Positions 34,031 to 44,813 of a stretch of 63,473 bases of DNA are shown here, one piece after another. The stretch's first letter is position 1. Each line of letters opens with the position of its first letter. The DNA comes from Corallochytrium limacisporum Hawaii (taxonomy: Eukaryota; Protista; Pluriformea). The DNA lies in the NCBI GenBank assembly GCA_002811645.1, contig PDIP01000053.1, positions 116,771 through 180,243 of the forward strand, written 5' to 3'. A program made the position numbers and the translations under genes. The notes beneath the pieces were generated by a model. The model was not told the DNA's origin and ran no database searches. It saw nothing but the letters and a program-made list of their open reading frames with translations.

Positions 34031-35460
34031 GGTTGCTGTTGTCTATTGAATCAGGCGCACTAACCCCCTATGCTTAATTATAATAATGTATCCGATCTGA
34101 TACTAAAGAAGCGCACTGGCTACTGTTTCAGAACGGGTGAATATGACGGTTGTTTACAAAGTCGGACAGCTTCTATGGTCTGACCTTTGTCATACCTTTC
34201 CATAGATCAATTACGCCACCCGTCTATCATATAATTCAGCTGCATGTGCATGCGTGCATTCCACAACGAGAATACAACTTGGTGGTTCTTCATCTGTCCC
34301 AAACACTGGCACAAGAAAGTCTCCGTCAGGAAGTGCAGTTGTGTTTTGCAGTGATTCTATCCCCTTCACACTGCTCACACCCACACAAGGAGGCTCTCAC
34401 ACAGGCCCATTGCATTCGCCCACCTGGTCCCCCCACCCTCGTCCTCCTGGCGGACTTGCCCTGGTCCCTAATGTTTACATTTTGTGAACCGTAAGTTATG
34501 TATCTGCTGCACATTGCTCTCTCTGTACGTGTGCGTGTCTGCGTGTTGGTTTGTGGGTCACTATAGCTCAACGTGCCGCACGGCACACACGACGGAGCGC
34601 CCAAGACACATGTCACACGGGGCCTTCCGTTTCAAGAAAACAAAAAACCTGGGCGCACGCACCTACTCCGCCAGGCTCGCCCTTCGGTGCCTGCCTCCCT
34701 TGAGAAGAGAGGGGGGATCTCTTTGCAATTTGCTCGGCAGTCACGGTCCCTGTCCTCGGGCCATACTGAGATAATAGAAACTAGCCACAAAAACTTTTCC
34801 TCGCCACATTCTCCGTGACGGCCGGAGTGTGTATATTTTATTTTGTTTGGTCATGATGCCACCGACTGGTCACCCACGCACCGTACATTGACAATGGAAA
34901 CCGGCCGTGTGCCCAGTTTGGGGACCACTGGCAAACAACCTTTTCCGTCTAACGTGCACTGCACCAGACGGTGGTGTGGGGAAGGGGGGCCCATGGGACC
35001 TTGCCTTTTCGGCAAAGTCGGTGTCTGACACCCACCTGCGCGGACTTCAGTACTCTTCTCCGGTAGCGAAAGAGTTAGCAGAACTTGGTGAAAGAAATGG
35101 CAATTTTCTTCTCTTTCCCTTGGGAGGGGGGGGAGGGCCTGGTGCACAGTTTAACTTTGTTTTCTGTACCTTACTTTCCATAGTGAAACAGTTGGGCTGC
35201 AACAGGGTTCACTTGGCCAGAGCTTTTTGAACGCAGCAACGAGTGCCGGTGGGATTTAATTCATATAAACTAGGTTATCAGTTATATGGAAGGGGTCACT
35301 CCAAGACTCGTGCAAGTGTGAGTGAGATTTGGCTGTACCAGCGCGAGACCTTGCCTTTTAGGTCATTGTTGACCACCGTTTGGATGGGTTGGTGGAGGCT
35401 TGTGGATGTGGTGATGGCTTTGCATGGTAGGATGCTGTCTTAAGTTTGTGGTTGTCCCAA

Positions 35461-35978
35461 TCAGTAGAGGTACAGACCAGCTGCGATCACTGTTGCAAAG
35501 ATGGTGTCCGAAACGAAGCTAGCCTCGGCACAGGCATCTGTCTTAGGATCCCAAAGAAAGCGTGCAGCCATCCTGAATATTGAAACCGGGAGGAAAAATT
35601 GAGGACAGAGTCAGAGTTAGCGTCTATCTGAAGGAAATATCCGCATGGTAACGATTTCAACACTGGTACTTACTTTACTCCGCAACCGTTGTTGTCTCCC
35701 ACTGTCGCCTGAACAATGAACTTGTAGCGCTTCAAATCAAGGTTCTTAAGCATGTCGCGAACTTCACTGGCGATGGTCTTTGCAAAGTGTTCTCCTGCAG
35801 CGGTATCCGTGTATTCGACAGCAACCAGGTGCTTCTTCAGAATTTGCTGAATGTTGTCCTTCACAAGCGATGCACGGAACTTGTCTTTGTGCTCCGGAGG
35901 CGAAGGATATGTGTCAGAACATTCTGACTGATTTGCACTAGGGACTGCTGATCCCGATCCCACCACTGATGTAGACAT
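35461..35978 (-). CDS. Tctex-type dynein light chain (TCTEX1D2/DYNLT2B-like), two exons: 35978-35674 and 35572-35461
   Basis: Exon 1 ends ...RYKFIVQATVGDNNGCGV-AA|GTAAGT. The 101-nt intron has a GCTAAC branch site, a pyrimidine tract and TTCAG. Exon 2 continues in frame as (K)MAARFLWDPKTDACAEASFVSDTIFATVIAAGLYLY*, giving a 138-aa Tctex-1 domain protein. Confidence 0.9.
35573..35673 (-). other. Spliceosomal (U2-type) intron, phase 2, 101 nt
   Basis: GTAAGT donor, ACGCTAACT branch site, TTTTTCCTCCC tract and CAG acceptor; splicing restores the conserved Tctex C-terminus. Confidence 0.9.
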
Positions 35979-38372
35979 CGTTTCTGTATCTGTAGTTCAC
36001 TCCCGTCGTGTGTGTTTGGATACCGGTTCCGTGTCACATGGAACTAGATACAATCCATCCATCAAATACCAGCCTCTCAATAAGGGCCGTCTGCGATCCC
36101 AAAGTCACCCAAAGTCCTTCTTTATGCATTGCTGTGGGGACCAACGGCCCACATACTGGAAAACTAAAGTGAAGTCCGGACGGCTTCACACACCTAGGTG
36201 GATCGCTTTTCCCCGCACAGAGGTGACGGCACCCGCCTGTGGACCCCTCATACGGAATCGACGGGTTTGATTCGTTCTATATTCCATCACCAACTTCCCC
36301 CGTTCAGAGGCTCACTTTTCGTCTCAAGTGTTTGTTTGCTGAGCAACTCTTAAACGTACGCGCGTTGCTTCCGAACGACAGTCTTTCTTCAGTATATTCA
36401 GTACTGCTGTGGATGGCACCAACTACCAAATCCTGACTGATCACACATGTCAGTGCGCGCCAGGCCAGAGACCCCCCTCCTCGCCTCCGCTCAGTGCCGA
36501 CAGCTGCGCTGATTTGTTGCCCCGTCCAGGGTATCGGGGGCCTCGTTTATTGCGCTGGGCGGGTCATGTGGACCCAACCTCCCCGGTCGTCGGCATCGAA
36601 CCAAACCGGATCAGTGTCAGGCAGGGGATATTGTGAGTTCTTGCGCTCACCTTGACTTTTGCTCAGAGGGCCTGTATGTATGTGCATCCATGTGTGATGA
36701 ATTAGCGCGTCTGCTTGCGATCTAATATACTGTGAGGATCTCCTAGCCAACATTATCTACAGACAAGGAGGCAAAGCACACTGCAAATGGCGACAGTGTT
36801 GGTTCATGGTACTGTGGGTTGGGAATCACTTGTTACTCCGTGACGCCATCACCCTGCATCCACAAAGTCCCCAGTCCTTGTTAATGACTCCATGATATAA
36901 ATGGTTCTTGTGCAGTAACCATTGTGGAGCCTCGCCATCGAGTAGGACACATACATCCCCGATGTATCAGATGGTTGTCTCCCGCTAAGTATGCCTGTCC
37001 TTTCATGTTCAGCTTTACTCTTGTTGCTATCTGCTCCCTCGTGATAGGGGACAGGTGTAACGCACAGCATCACTTCCACAAGCACGCATAGAGAGATCAA
37101 TCTGCAAACTGTGGAGTGAAGACCACTGCATGCTGCCTTGTTTCGTGCACACTCGCTCATCTGGACATGTGTAACGTGTGAGAAATTGTCGTTGACAGAC
37201 ACACAATCTCACCGCCAAAATCACGGGACTTTCTGCTGCTCACTCCCGTACCGAGTCGCCCCAAAAAAGGGGAGCAAAAGGATCCACCGCAAATTTTTTT
37301 GCCTTTCGGAGCCGCTGAGCTGTGTCTGCATCCGCGGGGTAGCGAGGGTGGGGGCGCCTTCTCCCGCCGGCCCGCTCTCTCGGAACCCCCCTCCTTCTGC
37401 CCGGGGGCAAGACGTGCGACGGTGCATACTGAAGCTTAGGCGCGGCAGTGGGACCGCACACCGGGGCTCCCCTTTCTTTTTCGTTTCTCTCGCCGGAGGG
37501 GTTGCTCTTTGCATCCGCAACCGCCTCCCCGGAGAGCAGATCTGGCAATTGCATCAAACCGGGCACACAAACACAAACACACACACAGGGACAAGCGCGG
37601 GAACAGAAACGGACCAAGTGACGGCACCGGGCGGCCCGCTAAAGAAAGGGAGAAGCACCGGGCGAATAGAGGGAGACGGACCCTCTCCCCCTGCCCTGGG
37701 GGGGGGTTGGAGGGGGCTGTCTCTTTGGGACGGTGGATGAACCGATCTGGTCGTTCCTTTCGGGGAGGGGGAGGGGGAGGAGGAAATCCAGTCGGGGAAG
37801 AAACCCGCCTGGGGGAATTGCAACGGTACTATTCTTACGTCACTACGTTCAGTATGCAATTGACGAACGTTAGCGATGTCGGGAGGAGGGGGAAATAATC
37901 GCGCAGGAGTCTCCGCTGTTTTGTTGGTGGGGGGGGGGGGAGACGGAACACCGGGTAAGCACACACACACCATTTCATTCGCCCCGATCCTTGTTCACCC
38001 CCGTGGCCTGGAGACCTCTTTTTTGTGTGGACGCCATCTTTGGTTCGCAGTTCGATGTTCCCGAACTTGAATTTTCCGGTTGTTACCACTGACTCAGAGA
38101 CAGAAAGCTGATATCAATAGAATGGGTGCTTAGTTATTGGACCATAAACGTGCGGGTATAGTGGGATCAACACCGTGGTACCTGAAAAGACTGACTTGCT
38201 AAGTCCGCAGAAGCAAACCACTTGTGTGTGCACAACACAACCAACTGGGCAATGACTCGGAAATAGTTTTCAGTTCTAAATGTGTACCTTTGTAGCTAGT
38301 TGATCATTAAATGGGTACTCTATAGCGAAAGTCACCATAGCGCACCCAGATACACATTCACCTCTCAACGAG

Positions 38373-39746
38373 GTGGCATCTCTGTTGCTGCCCCAGGTCA
38401 CGACCTGGCAGGACACTCTTTGCGATGTATCCGAAGAGATCCTTAGTCACTTGACAGAGCAATTTGCAGAAACAGAGGCTGCGCCATACACACATATAAA
38501 CAGAGTGTCATGGGGCAGTACCACGGCATCGACCTCAGGTCGGTACTCTACATTGACAACAGCAAGCGTGGACGAGTCCACTCCTGGCATTGACCCCCCA
38601 ACAGTCTTCATTCATGGCATTAAAGGAGCCATGCTGTACAATATTAAGGAGCGCAAGCGTCTCTGGCTCACCACTGCCCATGTTTTGGGTTGGCAGCACT
38701 CGAATATCTCGCTACCTATGCAGTACGACGAATCTGGCAGCCAACTGCACGATGGTACTTTCCCGACGGGCATTCTGGAGTACATTAGCCTCTTTGGCTT
38801 CAAACGCCCCATATACAGTGTATTTCTGGGTTACATGAGAAAGCGTGTCGGCAATCGGTTCCATGCCTACGCCTATGACTGGCGCCGGGAAATTGGCGAG
38901 ACAAGCCATAAGTTTGAAATGTACCTGGACAAGATCAAGCAGGAATACGGTCGTGCACCGAGGATCATTGCGCACAGCATGGGCGGTTTGATCACCTGGA
39001 CGGTGTTGGTCCGGCGGCCAGAATTGATTGATTCAATTGTATTCGCCGGTGTACCGTTTGTCGGGAACCCGAGCTTCCTAGAGGATGTGCACGACGGTTA
39101 TGTCCTTGGGTTCAACCGCACCATGATGAAGCCACACGTGAGCAAGACATTCCCCTCCATTTACACGCTGTTTCCCATAGAGACTAAGCAGGGCACCATG
39201 GTCTCTAGCAGCGGCGAATCGATTGATGTCGATTTTTACGATCCGGATCATTGGATTGAGAACCGCATGGGAGCCTACCGTCAGTTCAAGCACTGGTCCA
39301 CCACGTACCAGAAATCAAATAAGGAATTCTTGCGGGTGACGTTGACAAAGGCCAAAAGAATTCGGAGCATCATCCACAACGAGAAACCGACGCGTTTCCC
39401 GCCGATCTCTGTCATTGCGGGTGACTCAGTTGACACACGGTACAGTGTCATGGTGAACGGACCCGCAGCGAAGAACGGCTTGGACTTTGAGACGCGCCCA
39501 ATGTGTAAGGGAGATGGTAGAGTTCCATTGGAGGATGCATGCCCACCTGCTGGTACACCTCACTCGTTCTTTACCACCAACATGTCCCACGGGGCTGTGC
39601 TGGACGACCTGAAGGTCCTGGAGAAGGCACTCGATGCCCTCCAGAGCGTGCCCGGGCCGCATCCGGAGCCCGCTTGGGAGATGGAGGCAGAAATGGCGCT
39701 CTCAAAGGCGGCGGGGATGAGCAAAACTATTCTCAGTCTCTCCTGA
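38373..39746 (+). CDS. LCAT/PGAP1-like alpha/beta-hydrolase (phospholipase/acyltransferase); 5' end unresolved
   Basis: PTVFIHGIKG, YAYDWRR, IIAHSMGGLI (nucleophile), AGVPF, GDGRVP (Asp), SHGAVL (His). No in-frame ATG upstream of the first conserved motif. Confidence 0.85.
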   Translation: MASLLLPQVTTWQDTLCDVSEEILSHLTEQFAETEAAPYTHINRVSWGSTTASTSGRYSTLTTASVDESTPGIDPPTVFIHGIKGAMLYNIKERKRLWLTTAHVLGWQHSNISLPMQYDESGSQLHDGTFPTGILEYISLFGFKRPIYSVFLGYMRKRVGNRFHAYAYDWRREIGETSHKFEMYLDKIKQEYGRAPRIIAHSMGGLITWTVLVRRPELIDSIVFAGVPFVGNPSFLEDVHDGYVLGFNRTMMKPHVSKTFPSIYTLFPIETKQGTMVSSSGESIDVDFYDPDHWIENRMGAYRQFKHWSTTYQKSNKEFLRVTLTKAKRIRSIIHNEKPTRFPPISVIAGDSVDTRYSVMVNGPAAKNGLDFETRPMCKGDGRVPLEDACPPAGTPHSFFTTNMSHGAVLDDLKVLEKALDALQSVPGPHPEPAWEMEAEMALSKAAGMSKTILSLS

Positions 39747-39891
39747 GAGATCTACACGGTTCTCTTATACATCAAGGCACAAACATGAAAAACACTGCAG
39801 ACATAGCAGTCATTTATCAAGAATCATCGACTAGTAAAGAATATCATAATCACCAGATACGTAATCTAGCCTATACAGAGTCTATTTATCT

Positions 39892-41208
39892 TCATTTGAA
39901 GCTGACCGTCAGCGCAGCATTCAGGACATTCGCGTCTTCGAGGGTGGCATCGGCCTTTTCGTTCAACACTTCGTTGTGCGTACGCAACTCAAAGTCTGCC
40001 TTTGCGAGCTGGTCGTTTTCCGCGCGGAGTCGGGCAAAGATCTGTTTGATGGGCCACTCTCGCATGCACGGTAAGACAAGCCGTTTGTTGTTCGGCAGGC
40101 GGACCTGGACTCGAGTCTTGAGTTCGGCAGCGACATCTGCACCAGGAGGATCCAGGGGCTGAATTCCTAAGCCGATTAGGTCCTTCTTCTCCTCCACCCT
40201 TTCCTCTTTCACGGTGCCTTTGGCTTCGGCTTCTTCATCATCCCCGGCCGCTGCTTCGTCATCTGATGACTCAAACGATGCACTGTAGCTGGCCCATCCC
40301 TCAGAGTCCACACTTGGGCTGCGTTCCTTTCGATCTTTCGCTGTCGTCTTGAGTTTTTTCGTTTCGTTGCCCGGATCCGCTGCCGCGAGAGACGCTGCCA
40401 CTGCCGCCGCCATCTGTGCCTCCTCGCTCATGTCATACAGCGTATCTGTCTTGCGCTTGCGTGAGTTCTGAGATCGTAGCCAGGACTCAACTTCCTCGCA
40501 GAACTTTAACGAGTCTTTGAGCTCTTTGAATGTGACAAGGCGGGCCCCAGTCTCTGCCTCTATCACGCAGACAACGGGAGGCTCTGCATTAATGCGGTAG
40601 CGTTGTACGAATGTCTGGCCTTCCTCCGTCTCTTTATCAACTTGCATGAACAGGAACTTCTCACGAATCAGTGTCTTTACGATATCAATGCGCCAGATAT
40701 CCCGGTTCATAGCATAGGAGTCAAAGGATTTGGAATCTTGCAAGTTGACCATGACGTTCTTCCCACTTGTTTTGCCTTCCTCTCGGGCCGATTCCAGATC
40801 CCCGTCGTACATAACATCCTCCGGTGGTTTGAACAGGTCAGCAATTAGACTCGCCTTGGAACCTTTGCTTTTGTCTGAGACTGTGCCATCGAAGGCTGTG
40901 TTTGTTTTCTTCTTCTTATAGCGGATGCGATTCCTTGCTGGGTTCAGCAGTCCGGGCAGCCCCGGTACATCTTCCACTAATATACCGCTCGTTTTCGCAA
41001 TTGGTGCTCGCACTCCGTCTGCATCGACTGCAGGTGCAGATCCACCGGCTTCTAGTCCATCCTCACCCGCTGCAAAGAACAGTTCCACAGCAGCATTGCT
41101 ATTCCAGTCGCTTGCCTCCAGAAATTTCCGGGCTGTGCCCGCGTCGCAGCCAAGGATGCCCTTGACCTCTTGCACGAGGCGTACCTCTTCTTGAGGATCT
41201 GTAGGCAT
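39892..41208 (-). CDS. UBXN7: UBX domain protein 7 (UBA-UAS-UIM-UBX; p97 adaptor)
   Basis: UBA-like ARKFLEASDWNSNAAVELFF, VRAPI, LFKPP, UAS domain VNLQ...FDS..MNRDIW, UIM SEEAQMAAAVAASL, and C-terminal UBX TRVQVRLPNNKRLV...TLEDANV; ATG at 41208. Confidence 0.9.
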   Translation of the reverse strand: MPTDPQEEVRLVQEVKGILGCDAGTARKFLEASDWNSNAAVELFFAAGEDGLEAGGSAPAVDADGVRAPIAKTSGILVEDVPGLPGLLNPARNRIRYKKKKTNTAFDGTVSDKSKGSKASLIADLFKPPEDVMYDGDLESAREEGKTSGKNVMVNLQDSKSFDSYAMNRDIWRIDIVKTLIREKFLFMQVDKETEEGQTFVQRYRINAEPPVVCVIEAETGARLVTFKELKDSLKFCEEVESWLRSQNSRKRKTDTLYDMSEEAQMAAAVAASLAAADPGNETKKLKTTAKDRKERSPSVDSEGWASYSASFESSDDEAAAGDDEEAEAKGTVKEERVEEKKDLIGLGIQPLDPPGADVAAELKTRVQVRLPNNKRLVLPCMREWPIKQIFARLRAENDQLAKADFELRTHNEVLNEKADATLEDANVLNAALTVSFK

Positions 41209-41924
41209 AAATATGCTTTCCTGTATTCGTATGCCGTTATCAATTATCAATGAACCATCACCACCGTTTCGTTTCCACCGCCGACGTCATGGTCGCCAAA
41301 CTTCGCTTTCAGGCTTTCGCGCGGTCATGTGGAGCGTATGTTAACGTTCACCATGTATGTACCTTCATTTCCTCATTTGACAAAGACAAGACCATTTAAA
41401 GAGAACTCATATATAACCCCGGACTGTGACCCCGAAATGACACAAACCCTGCGAGAGCAAAGAACAACCTCGTTCTCCTCGAACAAGCTCCCAAACGCAT
41501 CCAGCCCGTTTTCGCATTCTGCGGTGTCCCTCTCGCCTCCCTAAACCCGGACGTTTGGCGCGCTACTGGGACCTTCGGTTACAGCCACGGACCTTTTCGA
41601 AGAAAGAGGTCCCCCGCCCCTCCCAACGGGGCCGGTGGGAAAAGGAGGAAGGGGGCCGGGTATTGCGCAAAAAAAAGCCTCTTGCTGACAGAATGTGTAG
41701 GGGTTTCCGGGACCCGTTGATTTGCGCACGGGGTAGGCGTATCGTGCGGATGCTTAATATCTTGTTCCTTCCTGATGGAACCTGTGGGGGTGTGGGAACA
41801 TGCCTTCCGTCATGTTCAGCTATTTAAACTGTGGCATCCTTCTAGTCCGTGTTTATTAGAAGCAGGTATATATCCAAACTATACCAAAGCAACTTGATCA
41901 TGGAGTACTCATTACATTCACATT

Positions 41925-42479
41925 ATGGTTACCAAAGCAAGAAACAAAGGCGAAGTTGTCTGGGAGTTTCCCGACTACACACTTCGAAGATATAAGGATG
42001 GCGACCAAGAGGGAGTGGTCAAGCTTATTAGCAAGGTACTGGAAGCGTTCGACATATCACTCTCTCCTCAGTCTACAGATGCTGATCTTTTCGATACGGA
42101 CGGTGTCGTGCTCAACCAGGGGGGTGATTTCTGGGTGCTAGTGAACAAAGAGAGTGATGAGATCGTGGGCTCGGGGTCATGGTTACCCTGCCACGACCGT
42201 CCAGGCTGCGTAGAGATCCGCAAGATGTATATCCACTCTAGTTGTCGTGGCAAGCGGTTAGGTGTCAAGGTCCTCAAGCTGCTTGAGGAGGCTGCCGCCA
42301 GGGAAGGCTACAAGTCTGGCAGGCTGGATACTAACTCCAAGCTGAAAGTAGCCCGGGCCATGTACATGAGGTACGGATGGACTGACTGGCCGTACGAGAT
42401 AGGTAACGCTCCCTCACGGTGTGACGTCGTGCTTTACAAGGAGCAACTGGGCACACACTTTGACAACGTGGAGTTATAG
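41925..42479 (+). CDS. GNAT-family N-acetyltransferase, bacterial-like
   Basis: GGDFWVL...IVGSG...VEIRKMYI...RGKRLG (AcCoA motif A)...LDT...ARAMY..YG...SRCDV; 184 aa. Confidence 0.9.
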   Translation: MVTKARNKGEVVWEFPDYTLRRYKDGDQEGVVKLISKVLEAFDISLSPQSTDADLFDTDGVVLNQGGDFWVLVNKESDEIVGSGSWLPCHDRPGCVEIRKMYIHSSCRGKRLGVKVLKLLEEAAAREGYKSGRLDTNSKLKVARAMYMRYGWTDWPYEIGNAPSRCDVVLYKEQLGTHFDNVEL

Positions 42480-44777
42480 AGATACAATACCAATACATAA
42501 ACTATTCGAATATGACAATGACTCCTCCTCCCCTTCTTTCGCCACCCATAGGAGTTTACGACTTGTATTGGATTTCTTCCTGCCACATCACCCTCTATAG
42601 TTCGCCATGGTGACTAGTGAATATTTTGTGTATGACATGCACCAGGGGATCTAGAAGGAAGGCTAGAATTGAGCGCGGTTTTCCTCGTTATGTGCCCATT
42701 ACTTGTACGGTGCAGATAGATCCCGTCCGTCCATGTCACTGGCGCTGTGCCCATCTATCACTACACTGTTGACAAGTCCTAACGGATTGCGCTGCCATAC
42801 ATGAGTTCAGCCAAGGTTAGTGATCACAACAGAAACCAGATCAGACGGGACCAAGATGCTTCTTCGGTGATGGCGATGTGGAGGCTAAGAAGGGCGTAGC
42901 AAGGGCGAGATGACAAATCCTTAGTCCTGCAAAGTGTATTATCCAGCGGATGGTAGGGTCCCCTGACGGTACCATCTCCTGATTGGCTGCCCCCCTCGCG
43001 ACTTTACAGGCGTTTTTCTTCAATACTGACAGATGGGGGGTGGTTGATGGGTGTTCTTCCTGCGGTGTGAATTTGACAGCACGGGTAAAGTTGCTGAGCG
43101 AGAGAAAAAGTTCCGTAGGAAATCATAGTGAATTTCTGTACCCCTAATCCCTTCGTGAGCGTTCGGGCGGGTCAGCAACTAATGCACCCCGCCCCCCCCC
43201 CCCAAAGGCCATCAGGATTGTTTCAGTACAAATTTGCCATCCAGAGTACACGCGGATTGCGCAGAAGTTCTATCCCCGTTCGGATGTCATCGTAGGATGG
43301 CAGCTCCTTCGTTCTCAGACTGTGCTCGAGTAGGAGCGTTCCTACAATGTCTCGCATCCGCCTCCGAGTGCATTGTAGCCGGCAGCGGGATCACACCGCG
43401 GGCGCGATAGCGCACGTCGAAGTAGTAGGTGGAGGAGTGCGTGTACAGAACAGGTTTCGTACATCTCATCAACCATGTTTCCACGATGTCATGCAGCATC
43501 GATGTCTGCAACTCTTTTGGGCCGGAAAATGTGACAGATGTTTGATTTTATGATCGTTCGGTTTGCAGCTACCGTCGGCAATGTGCGATTGACTTGAATT
43601 GGAAGGTGTTGGAGTTGCCATTACGAGTGGTCCCTAACATTTACGTGTTCCTCTCTTGTCCGTCACCACACACGTAAGCATCCAAAATGACACCGAGAGT
43701 TCGCACGGTGGGTTTCTATGCCCTACCGATCACTCTGCCTGAACTACACTTTGCTGCCAATGTCGCGTCACGGGCGTTCGTAGATTCATCTTTCAAGGAC
43801 AAAACGGGATGATGGCACTACATCACCAATGCAGCTTAGCATCCATCTCCCGGCAATTCTTGGTTGATTCCCTGGCAGACGGTCCTCATCTAGGACTGCA
43901 GGACCATCAAAACCATACAAGCAGTGCCAAGCGGACGCTTTGCCAATGTCGAGGGTAGACTGTGGAGCGCATTCTCGCTTTCCTGTGGGAGGGCAGGTGT
44001 CTCCTGATCCTCAACCCCCCCCTCCTTCACTTTCACTCCCCTCCCCTTTCCCTGTGGACGGACTCTCGCTGATTCGATTCAGAATACATCTGAACTGTTT
44101 GATCATGACCGTCATGAACTGATTATATATGATCCCCTGACGAGAAGAAGAAGCTGAAATGGTAAAAAGTTTATCCCCCCTGATGATCTGTCTCTTGCTT
44201 CTGTCGATGGTGCATGTGCCCAACCCCCCAACTCAGCAGCGTCTACTTGTACCGTGCCCATTCCTATGGACTGTGCTAAGAGATGGGGCACCCCACCTAA
44301 GGAGTTGCGGTGCCGGATGGGCATGGTCGTTGAGGACACTGTGTTGGACTCCTGCTGGGAGGTTTTCATTCAAAACATACAAGATCTATTTGAACATCCA
44401 GGGATAGCCCTTGCCTTGCGGTCATGAGCTCATTCACCAGCCGACAGGCGCCCTGACATGCATGCTGCGTGGGTCCAAAGTCGTGGTTGGGATCCCGAGC
44501 CCTTCTCTTTAGCTTCGGGCTCTTACGTTGGTGATGGTGGTTCAGCATCTCATGCATACAATGGTCCTAAGATCAATCTCTACTGCCATCCACCAGACGC
44601 ATCCACCATACCACGAAAGATTCGCAAAACATGTGACTTTACGGGTTGCAACTGCATCGCATTTGCGAGGCCGAGGAAGGGGGGAAAGGAATGCATGCCC
44701 CGCTCAACTGCCAAACCAACCGACCGAACATCGAACACCATCCCAAACGCATTTCAAAACATATTTCAATACTGTTC

Positions 44778-44813
44778 GCTTAGCGAGGGCACTCTGCTTA
44801 GCGAGGGCACTCT
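44778..44813 (+). repeat. Perfect 18-bp tandem duplication (GCTTAGCGAGGGCACTCT x2)
   Basis: Read directly. Confidence 0.9.
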
